From the NCBI RefSeq assembly GCF_018977255.1, contig NW_024704742.1, positions 111,230,001 to 111,294,000 on the forward strand: a DNA stretch of 64,000 nt. The letters are read 5' to 3'. Source of the DNA: Callorhinchus milii (Eukaryota). The position numbers were made by a program, and so were the translations under genes. Positions 26,701 to 41,700 of the stretch are shown here, piece after piece. Under the pieces are notes generated by a model. The model had not been told where the DNA came from and ran no database searches. It saw nothing but the letters and a program-made list of their open reading frames with translations. Every line of letters starts with the position of its first letter. The first letter of the stretch is position 1.

Positions 26701-29700
26701 AGTGACCTTTCATAGAGAAGTCATCCATCCTTGACATGAGTGCACACTCCAAGCATTTGTCAAATGCAGACTAACTGAAAGCACCAATTGTTCTTGTCCC
26801 TTGTTTTAACAAAAACGTGATGCATTGACCCGAAATATATTAGTTCATGGCTAAAAGATTACAACATGACAATTGTTCTGTAATTCAAATTTGTTAATCG
26901 TGCAATTTTGAAAGGAGCTGGCAGAAACTACTGCCACGATTCTTCTCTTCCCCCTCAAACCCCTCCACAAAACACACTGATTCTGTTGGTTGCTCTTACC
27001 TGTGTATACCGCGTCACCCTTACTTTCATTTAGATTCCTGGTGAATTCTGGGGTGCTGAATTGTATCAAACCATGGGGATCATCATTCTTCAGAACTGTA
27101 ATGTTGACTTCTGTAGCAGCTCCCAACTTACTTGGTGGTGAACCGTGACTGCTGAGCTTTGCAGAAAAGTATTCTTCCAACTGAGAACAAGTAGGGGATC
27201 AGATCAAAGGAAAACTTTATACTGTTATTATTCTATGTTCACTGTGACATCTGAAATAGTTTTTCCCTCACAATTCATCTCAAAGGCTTCTTCCATAAAC
27301 TTCCAATCCTCCGTGTACTTTGTTTGCTGGAATCTTTTAAAATATTTTTATTTGGAGTTTAAATTGGTTATGACCTTTGTACAGTTTGTTTCTCATGTTG
27401 ACTTTCTCATTCTTCATAGGAATGTAACTTCTTTCTGCCTTCCTTACTCTACCTTAATAATGTAATTGTTCACTTGTTTTAATTTACAGCTCTGCTTCCC
27501 ACTTAATCCTCCCTTTATTTCTCTTCAGAGCTCCTAGCATTGGATTCTGAAGTCACACTACATTGGTCTCATATTCGATACTGCACTGAGGGCAGCCCTA
27601 TGATGTTTGGAGTTCAAGTACAGATTATCTCAGGATCACAGATTTATCATTGGTAAAGACAGATTCTTTGGATGAATCCGATGGATATCTTCTACTCTCA
27701 ATCATGTTCCCTTAACCATATTCCTTTAACCATCATATCAATATTTTCACTTGCTGGGTATACCTTTAAATCCAAAAGTAATACTGGCAATGAGGTACAA
27801 CAACATGAGCTGATTGTTCCCCTACTTAACACTTTTGTGTGTCCATTTCTCCCCTTCTCTGCGTATTAGTTTGGCAGTAATTATTCTTTGGACTTTGGTG
27901 AACTTTGACAAAGCATCAAATTTCCAAATAATTTGTCATACTGCTTGTCCAGATTATACTCATTCTAAAACCATTCCACCAAGTTATTAACTATTTGTCT
28001 GAAAGTAATAACAATTAGCAGGTATTCAAGTTTCTTCAAAATAGTTACTGACCCTCCCCCAACCTAATTTATCTTTATTTTAACAGCAACACCACCAAAA
28101 TTACATTTATACAGCTCCTTTCACAATGGGAACGTCTCAGGGCACTGGACAGTTAAGGGTATGCACCCAAGCTGGGGGTTGCAATCAAGAGGGTGGAGGG
28201 TAGGAAGGGTGGGAGCATGGCCGAAGGCATTTTACAAAGTACTTCAAGCATGAAGCTACCTAGATGGTCACAGTAGTCACCAAATTTATTCTTTGCCCAT
28301 ATTACAACACAATGCCTCTTTACAGAAGATAACAGAATCTGTCCTATAAACTGAATCAATAGTTTGTTTTAAAAACAAAGAGTAATTTAAAGGAATCTCA
28401 AGAAAGCTAAAACTAAAGAAATCTCACCACTTGAACATATAGATGTGTTAATTATTTCTAGAATGTGTGAACAATGAACTACATTACAGGCAAACATATA
28501 TATAACTGGTTAATTGTTACACAAAATGTTACCTCTGGTATTCCATCTTCTCTTGCTAGCAGTGTTATTACAATCTCCCTTTCACCAGGATCAAATTTCA
28601 AAATCCCTGTATTTCCATAAAACTCAAAAGTTTCACTTGGTTCCACACTATAGCGTATAAACTGCTTCAGAAATGCCCCACGGTATCGAACAATCTTCAA
28701 TTCAAAAGCAACACCTTCCTAAAAAAAAAGTTTATGATCTGTTAAAATTAAAGAACATATCTAAGCTAATCACTAGTTAATGACTACATTTTCTAAGAAA
28801 AGTAGGAATTGATGGTGTGGTAGGATCCTGAATAATGCAGATCACGATCACTTTTAAGACAAGGCAATCAATTCTCTGCCCACAATTTGGTCTTCAGAGT
28901 CCTGCCAATGAGCCAAGTTGGCTGGTCTGTCACGAGCATAAACCAGAAATGAACCACATATAATGATAATAATCCTCGCAATGTCTTCGAGATGTCTCAA
29001 AGAGCTTCACAGAATATAAAGTGAATTGACCGTATATTTTGTGGACGAAATGCGGCAGCCAATTGCTCACAGCAGTGTGCCACAAACAGTCATGGATTGA
29101 AATAGCCAATTTGTTATTATTTTTAGAATTTTTTAAATGTAATTATTACCCCAGTCGATCTGCCAATCAACTGACAACTTGGTTCCTACTTACTGCTAGG
29201 TAAACAGAGTGTGTGGAATAAGGACGCTTGTCCAACATTCAAACCCAGGTCTCTCGCTTGAGAGGCAAGTGAACTAACCACTGAGCTACAAGACTCCATA
29301 TAGTATTCAGAAATCATTTCACTATCCCTCCCTTCAACAAAAGCCCAGATCCCAGTCTCTCTAAATTCTGCATTTTATTCTTACATGTAAATGAAATTTC
29401 TAAAAATTGGCACTGGTTCTCGGATAATTCTCTATATAAAGTAATGGAGTCATTGAATCAGAATGTGGCATCATGCTTAACAGTATCCAAACAAGACTGA
29501 AAGTTCCACATATGTATGCCACCAAAACATGGACATTTCTCTTAATCTGCAATGGAATGTGTAATGTATCCTGGGAAGACGCATTCTGCTTACCTATTTC
29601 CGGAGAATAATGGCACAGGTTGGCAAGAGCCAAGACGAGACAAAACCACATAACAACCTCAACAAAAATTACATTTATACAGCACTTTTCACATTGGGAG

Positions 29701-32700
29701 GACATCTCAAGGAGCTGGATGGTTAATCGTTTGTACCCAAGCTACGGGTTGGAATCAAGAGAGATAGAGGGTAGGGGATGGAAGGGTGGTTGATTTGTGC
29801 AAAGTAACATTCCGCAAATAACCAATGAATTGAATGACCGATCTTCTGAGGAATTGTTGGCCAGGACACCGGGAGAAACTCCCTTCTCTTCAAATTGTGC
29901 CATGGATTTTTATTGTCCACCTGGACAGCAGACAGGACCTTGGTTTAGCATACAGAATAACTCTCAAATGACATATATAACAATTGGACAATCAATATAA
30001 CTGTTTAAAATCTTACAACTGGATCTTCATTTGAAACAGTCTCGCCTGTACTTACCTGAACTAAATAAGGTCCTCTAGTCTGTGGGGAGAACTCAAAGAT
30101 TCCACCTGGATCATCATTTTGTAAAATAATTATTTCTCTGCTGGTAAATCCTGATTTCAGAACTTGATTATCCAGGTTAGTTCTGCAGACAAAACACAAT
30201 TTAGAAGATACAATTTGCTGCAATCTTTACCAAAACAACGATATTACATGAAAAAGATTCTTTTGAAATATGTTTTTATTGGTACTGTACAAATTACATT
30301 TTAATATGAATATTTTGGAGTTTATTTACCGTTGGGATCCAAGGAATGACTATTTAGAACTGTCCCCAAGAGATACAGTGGGATGCTTAATTATTTTATT
30401 GGTCATTTTATGTGGTCTGTTTAAAACTTTTAAACAAAATAATCCTTCTGTTTGATGTAACACCTCATCATATCGATAAGACACCTCAAAGCATTTCACA
30501 GAATATATTGTGAAGCATACATTATATTGTAACGAATATTTTGTGATATATTTTGTGTATTTTTGTGATATAATATATTGTATTAAATCAGTCTACTATA
30601 CAGTGTGTCAATTTCAGCACCCTTTGATTCATATCAAAGAATAAGCAAATAACTGAAAAAAAACATTCTTTACTTTAAACTTTTAAACTTTTACGTTTAC
30701 TTTTTACTTTAAAAAGTTGTGCATCTGGTTCAAATTATGTCAATTGGGTAAAGCCAAGTTAGTTACCTAGAATAAAATAGCAGTGGGTGAACAACTCTTC
30801 GTTAAATTGCTAGTAACTTTGCTTTGTTCATTACAAACAAAATGAATGAAGTATGGAAAAAATATATAAATTACAATGAAAAAAGTAAGTTTAATCGGTT
30901 AATTAATCTTATACAATGAAGGCACTCACTCAGCACCAATTTAATCATGCTCCTTGATTTCAATCATGCTGCATGCAACAGTACAGTAATATAGGGCACA
31001 TGAAGCACTGAAGAAAACAGAATGAAAAGTCAGTTTCCAAAAACTGAAACATAAAACCAGCATGATGGTTCACAACAAGAGCAGAGCACAACTCACTCTA
31101 CTTACCCAAAGTACACCACAAATCTTTCTGTCTCTACCCTGCAGACAGTCAGAGTAGGAGGGAATAAGACTAATTTTGAAGATGTTTCAGAAAACTGAGT
31201 AAAAGACTTTCTTATTTTGTTGCATCTAGTAATAGTCACATTATGAAAGCCCTGTTTGCTCTGTTGACAAATGCCATCAAGAGGTTTGGTAGTTTCCATT
31301 TAATTGCATGGTCCCTGGACCAGCGAGAATGTCAAAGTCTATTCACGGTACTTTGTGCCAAGATTACATACAACATGGAAAGAGGTCATTTGACCCAACT
31401 GGGCCATACCAGTGCTTATTCTCCACACGAGCCTCTACCCCTTCTCTTCCCCTCTCTTATACTCCTCCATTCCCTTCTCCCTCATGTATGAACCAATTGT
31501 AGTAATTCAGCAAATAATGTTTAAACAGTAAACTAATCCTATCATGTTCCTTTTTGAACAGTGACATGGGATCTTTAACATCCGCATGAACAGGCAGCCA
31601 GGACCTTGGTTCAACATCTTATCTGAGTGGTGCCACCTGTCACAATGCAGCACTCCTCCAGTACTACAAGTGCCAGCCCAGACGATGAGCTCAAAGTCTC
31701 AATGTCACTTTGGGCAGTTCTCCTAGAAATCTATTGGTCTTTTACAGACTAGCAACTGCAGACAGTGCTTTATTGTCCTTCTGAGTCGGAATACAACATA
31801 TGGAGAGGAATGGGGAAATCCTTCTAAAAAATGGGACGATGCATTGTTCTTAAAGAAAGAGGTGTTATATTCATAATTCAATTTTGTAAGCATAAGTATT
31901 GCTCAGAAGCTATCAACTAAAACACCTTCAAGAAAATAGTATTTCTTTTTCATTCACAACATCCAAGTAGACCATCTTAGTAGCTTTTCTCCAGTGTCAA
32001 ACGCTATTTCTGTACAAAACTGTGGTATTAACAGTCAATAAGTTTCTAGATGGAACTCACAGCTAAAGAACAGGATTACATGGTGAGGATTCATGCTCAA
32101 TTCACACTGCACCAAAGTCTGAGATAGTGAGCTAAATGGAAAAGGATGTATCATTATTAAAAAGGAATGTATATCTATCAAACTAAACCCAGAAATCTAT
32201 CATTCAAACATCTTTGATGGCATTCAACAGGAAAAACAGTGGTAGAGCACGTCATAGAAAATACTTAGCAAGGAAATAAATGGGATGCCAGTAAAGCTGA
32301 TAAATGTTTTAGGCAACAAACACAGCTACTGATATAAGAAAATCAAATAACTTTTCGGGTCTCCAAACTATCTTGAAATTTGCAGCACTTTCAGTCATTT
32401 TAGAATTAATACTACTTGTCAGAATTAATTGAACATTTGCTGCTTGAAATGATTAACNTTTTTTAGTTTTGATACAATTGAGAACTCTTTTTGAATCACT
32501 GAAACAAATGCTACGGCTAAAAATGGACTAATTCACTCATGATCAGCATAAAGTTAAGCTGTGTCAAATAGAAATAAAATTCTGATAGTTATAATGTCAG
32601 AAGTGGACACCCATTTAATCAGTTTATCACATTTGAACAACTGACTGGAAAAATAGCAAGTGTGTTAGTTTAAAAAATCTCAAAAATACACAGTAAAAAA

Positions 32701-35700
32701 GCATACCTATCCAATGAAATTATCATGGTCTCATTTGTTTCAGGCAAATCGTCTGGTTTCACCACAATGTTCACTGCAGCACTGCTCTGGCCGGAGAAGA
32801 ATGTGACAGAACCACTGAATGGGCCAAGGTCATCACTGGTGACATTTCCACGATTGAGCCCCGTGGGTGACAAACTCCAGTACACTGCTGCCAGGCCATC
32901 AGTCCCATCTCGTTGTAAGGCAATAGAAACCTGGGAAACAGAACCACATGTAAAGATCAAATAGTATTTTTGGAAAGGTGTTTTTTAATCAAAATAATAA
33001 ACTTTTGGGCTTCAAGCTTTTTGTGATTTCTTGGATATAGGTGGTGTTTTGCATTCTGCTTCATTGATGTGAGTCCCATGGATCTTGATTACCCACACAG
33101 TGTTGAGTGAAAAGGCTAGCTGTTATGTCACATAAGACATAATAGTAAGATTTCCTTGCTTTATTTCGTCCAAGGTTGTTATATTTATGCCATTGTCACT
33201 TGAATCTCAAAACTAAAGCTGCAGAGGCAAACAGACAGCAGGACCACTACTGGAAGAAAGAGACACGTCCAAATACTTTCTAAAAGAAATATGAAAATTT
33301 CACTGTAAAAAGTGAAAATGTTATCTTATGACATTTTGAATGAAGGATCATCCTTGAAATGTTAAGTCTGGTATTCTCTGCAAACCTTGCAGCTCCGATC
33401 AATACTGGAGACTGTGTGATAATAAATTAATTACCGAGAATCATATTGTTAAATCCTGTTAAAGGCATGCTGTGTGAAAAGCCATGCGAGTAATCAGATG
33501 ATACAGTTTTAGTTCATTAAAAGGCACAGACTGATAGCAGACTGTAAACTGTGTACATGTCTCAATCTAAGAAAATTTCCTGAATACCCTCCAAATTGTA
33601 ACAGAAGGTGACTAAACTGCGTGGAGTTCCACCGTCTTATGTGTTTGGATGTGTAGAAATGTATTCCTTGTGGTGTTATATTCCTAGTGGTGTTTCTTAG
33701 AGTCAGTCAGTTTGTAGAAACACTGCACAAGAAATGTCAGGTCTGTTGGAGCACAACTCGGTGAACATATGTTATATTTGGAATGTGTTTATTACTTCCT
33801 TGGACCAGACAATCTCACCAGGCTGCTGGAAATTGCAAATTACCAGCTTGAAAAGGGGAACATTAAAGGGTATGGACAGCAAGCAAAAGAAATGGATTAG
33901 AATAGGTGGCTCATGTAGAGAAAACACATATTGTAGAATTGATGGGATAAATAGTCTGTTTCTGTGCCATAAAGTTCTATGGTTGAGCAGACCAGAGATC
34001 ATTTTTTTCCATCGGAAATGCAGCCTGATCAGATTATATCTGAATGAATTGCAATGGCGCAGTGAATGCCATAATTTAGTTTATATTATTTTTATAAAAT
34101 AATTTAAAACTACAGGGATTTTATTTGAAAAAAAGGAATCCATTTTCAAACACACATTTGGGGCAAACATTAATGAGCCTTTTATTTATCTAACTTGCAG
34201 TTGATATGAGCAGAAATCTTCTGGCACAAATGTTAACTTGCAGTTCATGTGATTCACATTTACCTGGTTATCAGAAGAATTCTCTGGTTCAGAAACAAAA
34301 AGAGTCTCATTGCTGGTAAATCCAATCTCACCATTGGCTAAATCGGGAGTGATTGTCAGCGAGATGTTCAGAATGTCACCCAGCCGAGGACTCACCGATG
34401 GAATCAAAGGAAAAATGTTCACCAACTCCACTGTATCCAGCTGGAACAAATACCATAGGCTTGTAAGAGTTAAATGATTCTGTCTAAAGGTCTCAGAGTA
34501 TTCTTAAAGAAAATCAGAACAAAGCCTTCCTTAATGCATCAATGGATAAAATCACAGCCTGGCTAAATTACTCCTGGCCAATTTAGCTCATTTCAGATGG
34601 GTCAGCAATTGACGTCCTAAAATGAAATCATTGTTCCCATATGGAGGACAGGAACAAATCATCAGTGTTTCTGCTCCTGCTGAAAAGTGCATATGTTTGG
34701 GCAGGAATATGGAACCATATCCATGATAAAATAGGCTTCCCACAAGGAGGGTCCAAACCATATGTAAAGACAATTACAAATGCTTAATTATGCAATTAAT
34801 AATTAAAGCACATGTAATCCTTATAATTGGTTGTTAACTTGAATTCAGTCTGGCTAACTGTCCTCAACAATCACCCAGATTTTTTTTGCAAAAGGCTGTA
34901 AACCTCATGACTGTTTGTAAGAAAATGCTGCGTATAAATCAGCTTCTGTGATCGGCTACAAAATACACAACCTCTATACATTAGATCCTGCGAATGTCTT
35001 TTGAGACCACTGTGTTGTAGATAAAATCTGCTTTAGCAATGATTCACAAACACTAATACAATGTTATCACATAATCTGAAATTTGGCAAATTTGTGTAAG
35101 CAAGAAATACTGGAGAACTCCACAATCTCTAATGAAAATTGAAATAATGCCTTGGGATTCTTTAATGTGCATCTCAATCAAGAGAAACAGCCAGACATGG
35201 GACCTTGGTTTAACTTCTCATCTGAAAAACGGCACCTCCAATAATGCGGTATTTCCTCTCTACTGCATTGGCGTGTCAATCCAGATTATGAATTTAAAAC
35301 CTGATGTGGGGCCCAAACCCAATACCTTCCGACGCAGAGGTACCAATTCGGCAACACTGACAAATTGTTCTGATGAAACATTAACCTCGTTCTCTTATGA
35401 GAACAAAGTGCTGATTGACCTGCTGTGAATTTCCAACATTTCTTATTTTATTTCAGAATTGCAGCATGCAAAGCTTTTGCTTTTTATCTCTACCCTTGTA
35501 TTATGTGATTTAAAATTAAGTAATATCAGGTGCACTGGATGTTATGAGGCACTAGCATACTCTGTACAATCCTTAAAACAGGAAAGAGAATTCGACAGTC
35601 TTTCATTGGAAAAATGTTGCTCTCTAATAGCACAGTGCGACGATTGAGAGGGACCTAACAGTACGATAATGTAAACAGAAATTGACTGTTTCCACTTTCT

Positions 35701-38700
35701 GGTGAGTTAGAACACGACGACATAAATATAAGACAACCACAAATAGATCTAAAATACAGTTTAATATGGAACAGTATGGAACCAACTTGTGACTATCCTC
35801 CCGGGGGTTGGGAGAGAGTTAAACAGGGTCTCTGTCAAGCTTAATTGGCTCGAAGGTGACATGTTTGGCCACAGAGTGTCAGAATTAAGACAGCCCTCTG
35901 TGAAGGTCTCAGCAGTCCAGTTCCTGAACCATGGGGGTCCACAGTACCCCATGGCACTGCTGACGACAGCCCAGCCTGGCTCATTGGCAGAACATGGAGA
36001 CACAAACAAGTTTATTGTGGATTTGATGCATGGCAATGTGACTAACTAGAGGCTGTGTTAAGGCAAACTTCAGTGAGAGGATTGGAGGTGAGCAAACTAA
36101 TGACGGGTGGCGTAACAGCACCTGTGAATCAAATGTTTGAAAGTTTCTGGAAAACTCTTGCCACATTTATTCAGAATACAGGCAGAAAAAAACAATAAAA
36201 ATGACTTCATAGTCTATGTAACTGCAATCCACTCCGGTAGCTTGAACAAACTACTTTCAAGATTCGGGGACAATTTGACAATTTTGTTTAGATTTTTCTT
36301 CTGTTTGTTTTGGTGGGTAAAGAGCAGAGTAATAAAATTGTGCATGATACACTGATAGGTAGCTCAAAGGACTGACACTGATAGACATTTATGCCTGTAG
36401 TTCCAAGGACTGGCAATAATATATTCAGTCCCCAGGAATAATACTGATATTCATGTCTACGTCTGTGAACAATGCCCTCTCCATATCTCTCATAATGAGC
36501 AACAAAACAGCAATGAATCGATTTGGTGCAGGATTAGACTTACGTTTTCTGTTTCTTTATTGCTTTCAGGACAATTACTATTGTGCTTCCACCTTTGCAT
36601 TGTTTCATATCATTTCAAATATACTATACATCTTTTTAAATAAACTCCCTATTTTCCACCAATCTTTCTTCAAACAGACACCCACACAATCTTATTTGTG
36701 ACTGATAAACAAACTTGATGATTCATGAGATTCACTTATAGATATTCATCTGCCCTAAATTTCACTAGATCATTACAGGAAAGCATTTGGACTAATTCTG
36801 ACCTCTCATCAATTTTCGCTGACAACTTAATTAAAATCAGGTCCTCATCATATAGAAAGAGTGGCATGGTCAAGTCTCTTAATACTCCATAACACGTATC
36901 CAATGTATACCCAAATAAAACAAAAGCTGCTGAGATTTGAAGCAGGACAATGTACAACTACAGCAAGCCATGTAATTGAAGCAGATGTTAAAATATAGGT
37001 ACAGGAGCTGGGTAGTTTGCAACATCTGCATCAAAAGCATTTAAATATAAATTGCAAAAATAAAATGTTTATTTCTACTACATCTATTTATTTGTGGGAA
37101 AATAAAATTACTTTAATCATCCAAAATTATTACCAAGACCAAAACATTTCCTTCAAATGCCATGAAATTATTTTATTTCAATGGATATAATAAAACAGAT
37201 ACTAACTGTATCCATTTGGACAAGAATAAAAGTCATTCCAGTAAATTGACATGTAGTTCAGCTTGCGATTAAACATTCACAAATAAGAGTTGTGTTTCAT
37301 TGCAGACAGGAAGAAAGTGGAGATATCATGGTGTACTACACATTAACTCCTCATTCAGAACATCAATGGGTTTATCCTCCATTATTCTCCTCCACTAGAT
37401 TCACTGTTTTTGGGAGTGAGTAAATATTGTATGTTTATTGACAAACAGAAAATGAAAAACTCTAAAGACTGAGCCAAGAAGCAATATTTTTCAACAAAGA
37501 GAGTCACAAACTTCAGTTCAGCAGAGGGCAGGACAGGCAGCCAACACACAGCTTGACTTGGATACAATTCAGGATTTGGTTCGGCAAGTTATTCACTGCA
37601 GCAGCTGAGTTGAAAATGCAATCTAATACCACCCTTGTTTTTCATCACATAAAAGTGTCTTCACTGACATATTGAGGAAGTAAGGTACAAATTGCAGCGC
37701 TGGGAAACCAGCACTTAACAAAAAAAAGTGTGATTTGGGGAAATTACTGAAGTTGAACAACATGGGAACTTTGTTTAACATCTCATCCATATTAATTATT
37801 ATGAAGCATGCAATCTTTGTTTTACTGAAGACCTCACATAGTTATAGCTCTTCCATTTTGGTGGCCAAAATTCCTGATATCCAAATTCAGCCAAAAAGAT
37901 TCAATTTGACATTGCTGGTTGTGGGATGTTGCTGAGCAGATTAGCTGCTACCTTTGACTGCATAACAATACTCACTAAAGTTAATTTGTTCTGATCTTCA
38001 TAAATATTATTTATCCTCTTTATACAGCTAAGATAACAACTTGCATTTATATAGCGCACTTCAACAAAAGACAGCGTCTCGGAGCAATTCCACTCACCGT
38101 TAGCTTGGCATTCTTGTCAGTAAATATTCTAATACAAGGTGACCAAAAAGTCGTGATATCTACCCTATTATCTAAAAAAAAATCAGTAATTCTTTAAGAC
38201 TTATTAGACATTGTAATGGTATTACAACTTTTTGGTCACCCTGTATTACACAAAATGTTTACAGAGCTCCTAAAACTACAAACAAGAAAGCCATTTCTTC
38301 TGACATCTTCTTAAGATTCATAGGGGGAAGCCCAGTTGATTGAACTGAACTCTGAGTTTCTTCAAAACACGTGTTTTACTGACATCTACTTGTGTTAAAG
38401 ATTCCTGAGCTAACATAACTGAAGTTTAAATTTGTTTGTAACCCTGAACTCTGCAACAATCCCATCTGACAGACTGGTCATTCATTCATAGAAACTGAAA
38501 CCTGAAACAGGTTTGAAATTATGGGGCTGTTAGAATTTGGTTAACATACTATTTAACAATTCCTGTGTGGGAATAATGATTATTAAAATCCTTGACTGTG
38601 ATATAGCGCCTTATCACATAGTTGAAATGTCTCAAAGCGCTTCACAGAATATACTATAAAGTGCAGTGACTGTGTATTTTGTGATTTATTATTGAATGAT

Positions 38701-41700
38701 TGTAACCTCAGCCATCAAGAGAATGTAACAGGTTTCAAAATAAGAGATTTTCAGAACAACAATTCCAAAATATCATAAATTCTGCAAATTTGCAATCTCT
38801 ATTTAAATCAGCGACAGCATTGGAAGGTACACTGCTATGACTAATTAATCACCATATGCTCAAACTTGACTGAAGACAGTTAAAATGATCAAATATACAC
38901 TCATGAACTGCTCTAACATACGTTGGGGTATTAATTAATTATGCCCATTCACTGCATCAGTGGCAATGGAAACTTCTCTCCAGCTGTTTGAATCTGGGCA
39001 GTGGTGCAAAGAGTCACAAAAACAAAGCAATAACTGAAAGAGTAGCAGAAGCTGTGATCAAATAATACCAATGGGTTCTACTTGCATTGTAACATAAACC
39101 TGAGAACAGTGAGTTGCTTGAACAACAAATTACATTTGCATAGCGAAACCTTGGGCAAGTTTCCTTACTCCACACGCCTAATAATAATCCCTCCAAAAAA
39201 CTAAACAATAATAAATTGGTCATTTCCAATCCTCAACTGTTTGTGGGACATTGCTGTGCGCAATTGGCTGCCACGTTCGACCACAAATATACAGTCAATT
39301 CACTTTACAGTATATTCTGTGAAGCGCTTTGGGACGTCTAGAAAACGTGAAAAGCGCTATATCAAATACAAGGATTATTATTATTATTTCACATCAGGAG
39401 GCCGTCCCAAGGCACTGGGCAGTCAGGAAATTGGAACCAAACAGGTAGTTAGGATCGGGGGGTGGAGGGCAGGGAGGGGAGGAGTAGGAGGGTGGCTGAA
39501 GGCACGGTCGAAGAGGAGGGTCTTGATACGTGCCTTGAAGGAGGCAAAGGAGGGAGCAAGACGAAGGGACTGTGGGATAAAGTCCCAAACTGTGGGGGCG
39601 GAGAAGCTGAAGGCCTGGCCAGGGGACTTGGAGCAGGCCGGTGCCTACTGAGTGGAGGGAGCAGAGGCAGGAAGGAGCAAGGCCGTGGAGGTGCCTTGAA
39701 GACGAGGACAGGAATTTTGAACTCTATCCTCTGGGGTTGGGGAGCCAGTGGAGTTGGCATGGGTGGGGGTGATAGGGTCACAGAGCTTGGTGCAGTAAAG
39801 GACATGAGCTGCAGATTTCTGGATGATCTGCAGCTTCTAGAGGGAAGAGTTGGGAATGCCGAAAAGCAGGGAGTTTTCATAATCGAGTTTCATGAGAGTT
39901 TCAGTGGCCTGAGAGGAGAGGCAGTGGTGGAACCAGGGGATGTTGCGGAGGTGGGGGAAGGCAAAACGGGTCATGGGATGGATGTGGGATAGAAATAGAT
40001 TGAAGAACTCAATCTTTTCTTCTTATCAAACTACTTGTCTTCAATTCCTCAGCACATTCCAGTTATTATTGCTCAAAATAGCTTTGCAATGGCAAGAGGC
40101 TTTCAAGGCCGATTTACAACAAATTATAAATGGTCCGGTGACAATACATCTTGGAAACTGCCCCCATTTGATTTATACTCATTCAAAGCACAATGGATTT
40201 TGGTTTAAAATTCCCATTAATGAACAAGGTTTTGAATTAAACCTAAAAGATAGCATTTTTGCTGCTGAATATCCATCAAAGGGATAACATCAGATTTCTT
40301 TGTGCCATATAATGAGATCACCAACAACTCTAAAACAAATAAGGTGAGAAGTCTCACAAGGAACTAAACTAACTTTGATCTCTCACTAAATAAGGTAGTA
40401 TCACTGACATAGATATTTCTAAATTCCAGTGTTATACAGAAAGCGTTTTGAAAATCTGTTAATGTCAAATCAGCATCAGATCACAAAATGTAGTTATGAA
40501 CATGGACATACCTGTACAAGGAAGCTTGCCCCATTTTGAAGAAATGCATCATTTCTTATTGGTAAGTGAACACTGAACTCCGATTGTCCTGACATAAAGA
40601 TGGCATTGTTTTTGCTAGAAATATTTAAGACATTATCCTTTGCTTGAGAACGGTCCAGCGCGCCAACAGGGATGTAGAGGACAGTGTAGTTCAACCTCAC
40701 AACTCCCAAAGTTCCATTTTTCCTGGCAAAGCTCAGCGACAAAAAGCGACCTGCAGGGCTACTCTCTATTCTCTGTTCTTCAAAAGGGTGAAACTCAATC
40801 AGACCATAGACATCATCACTGTCCTGAATGTAAAAAACAATCTAAGAAAGAAGAGAAAGAAAAAAAGTGTGAATTGTTTTCATTTCCCATTTCATTCCCC
40901 CAACCCCCTTTTCCACAATACAAAATACAACACAATCATTGAAAGATTATTTGAATAAATGGCTGACCTGAATGCAACATGTTCCTACAGTATTGTTGCA
41001 TCATTATTTAAAGGTACCCCTTTAAACATCTCTTCTCTAGCAAAAAAAAGGCCCAACCTATCCAGTCTGTCCTCAAAGTAGTAACCTGCCAGTCCTAGTA
41101 TCAACCTTGTTAACCTACATCGCTATTATATCCTTCTTATTGTGTGGAGCCCAGAATTGGACACAATGCTCCAAATGTGATCTAACCAAGGTTTTGTATA
41201 ATTTCAACATCACTTTTATGTTCTATCCCACTGGGATTATAAAGCCCAAGACCTCATTGACCCTTTTATAGCCTTATTTACCTGTGCGACTACTTTTAGA
41301 AATCTGTGAATCTAAATCCCCAGATCTTTTTGCTCCTCTACTCCTCTTAGGTTCCTTGTATTAGACCACAGGCTTAGAGCTTTAAACGTCATTCTTAGTA
41401 GCATGATCACTGCCATAAAGATTGTGCATTCTTTCTTCCTAAGGAAGAGGCTCTTCTTCAGTCAACACCTCCCTTTTTCAGCACAACTTGGCTGGGAGCC
41501 CATTATAGGGCTGAAAAGGCACCCAGGAACTCATCAGCTGTCAATTTCAAAATTCTGGGTAATAGGTTGCAGCCCTGTATTGAGCAAAGCGTGTGTCCAA
41601 GTTTCAGTCTGGCACAGCTGGTAGCACTTCTTGCCTATGAATCAGAAGGTTGTGGGTTGAAAGCCCAAGTTAGGACTTTGAACTCACAATCTGGGCTGAC

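Noticed and set aside
33336..33365. Hammerhead-ribozyme-like TGAATGA-AGGATCATCCTT-GAAA (also CTGATGAAAC at 35370)
   Set aside because: The CUGANGA core is mutated in the first and stem II is missing in the second; at most decayed relics.
35761..36166. Overlapping short ORFs in a slightly GC-richer intron patch
   Set aside because: No Calx-beta or other recognisable motif; exons 9 and 10 already join in phase.
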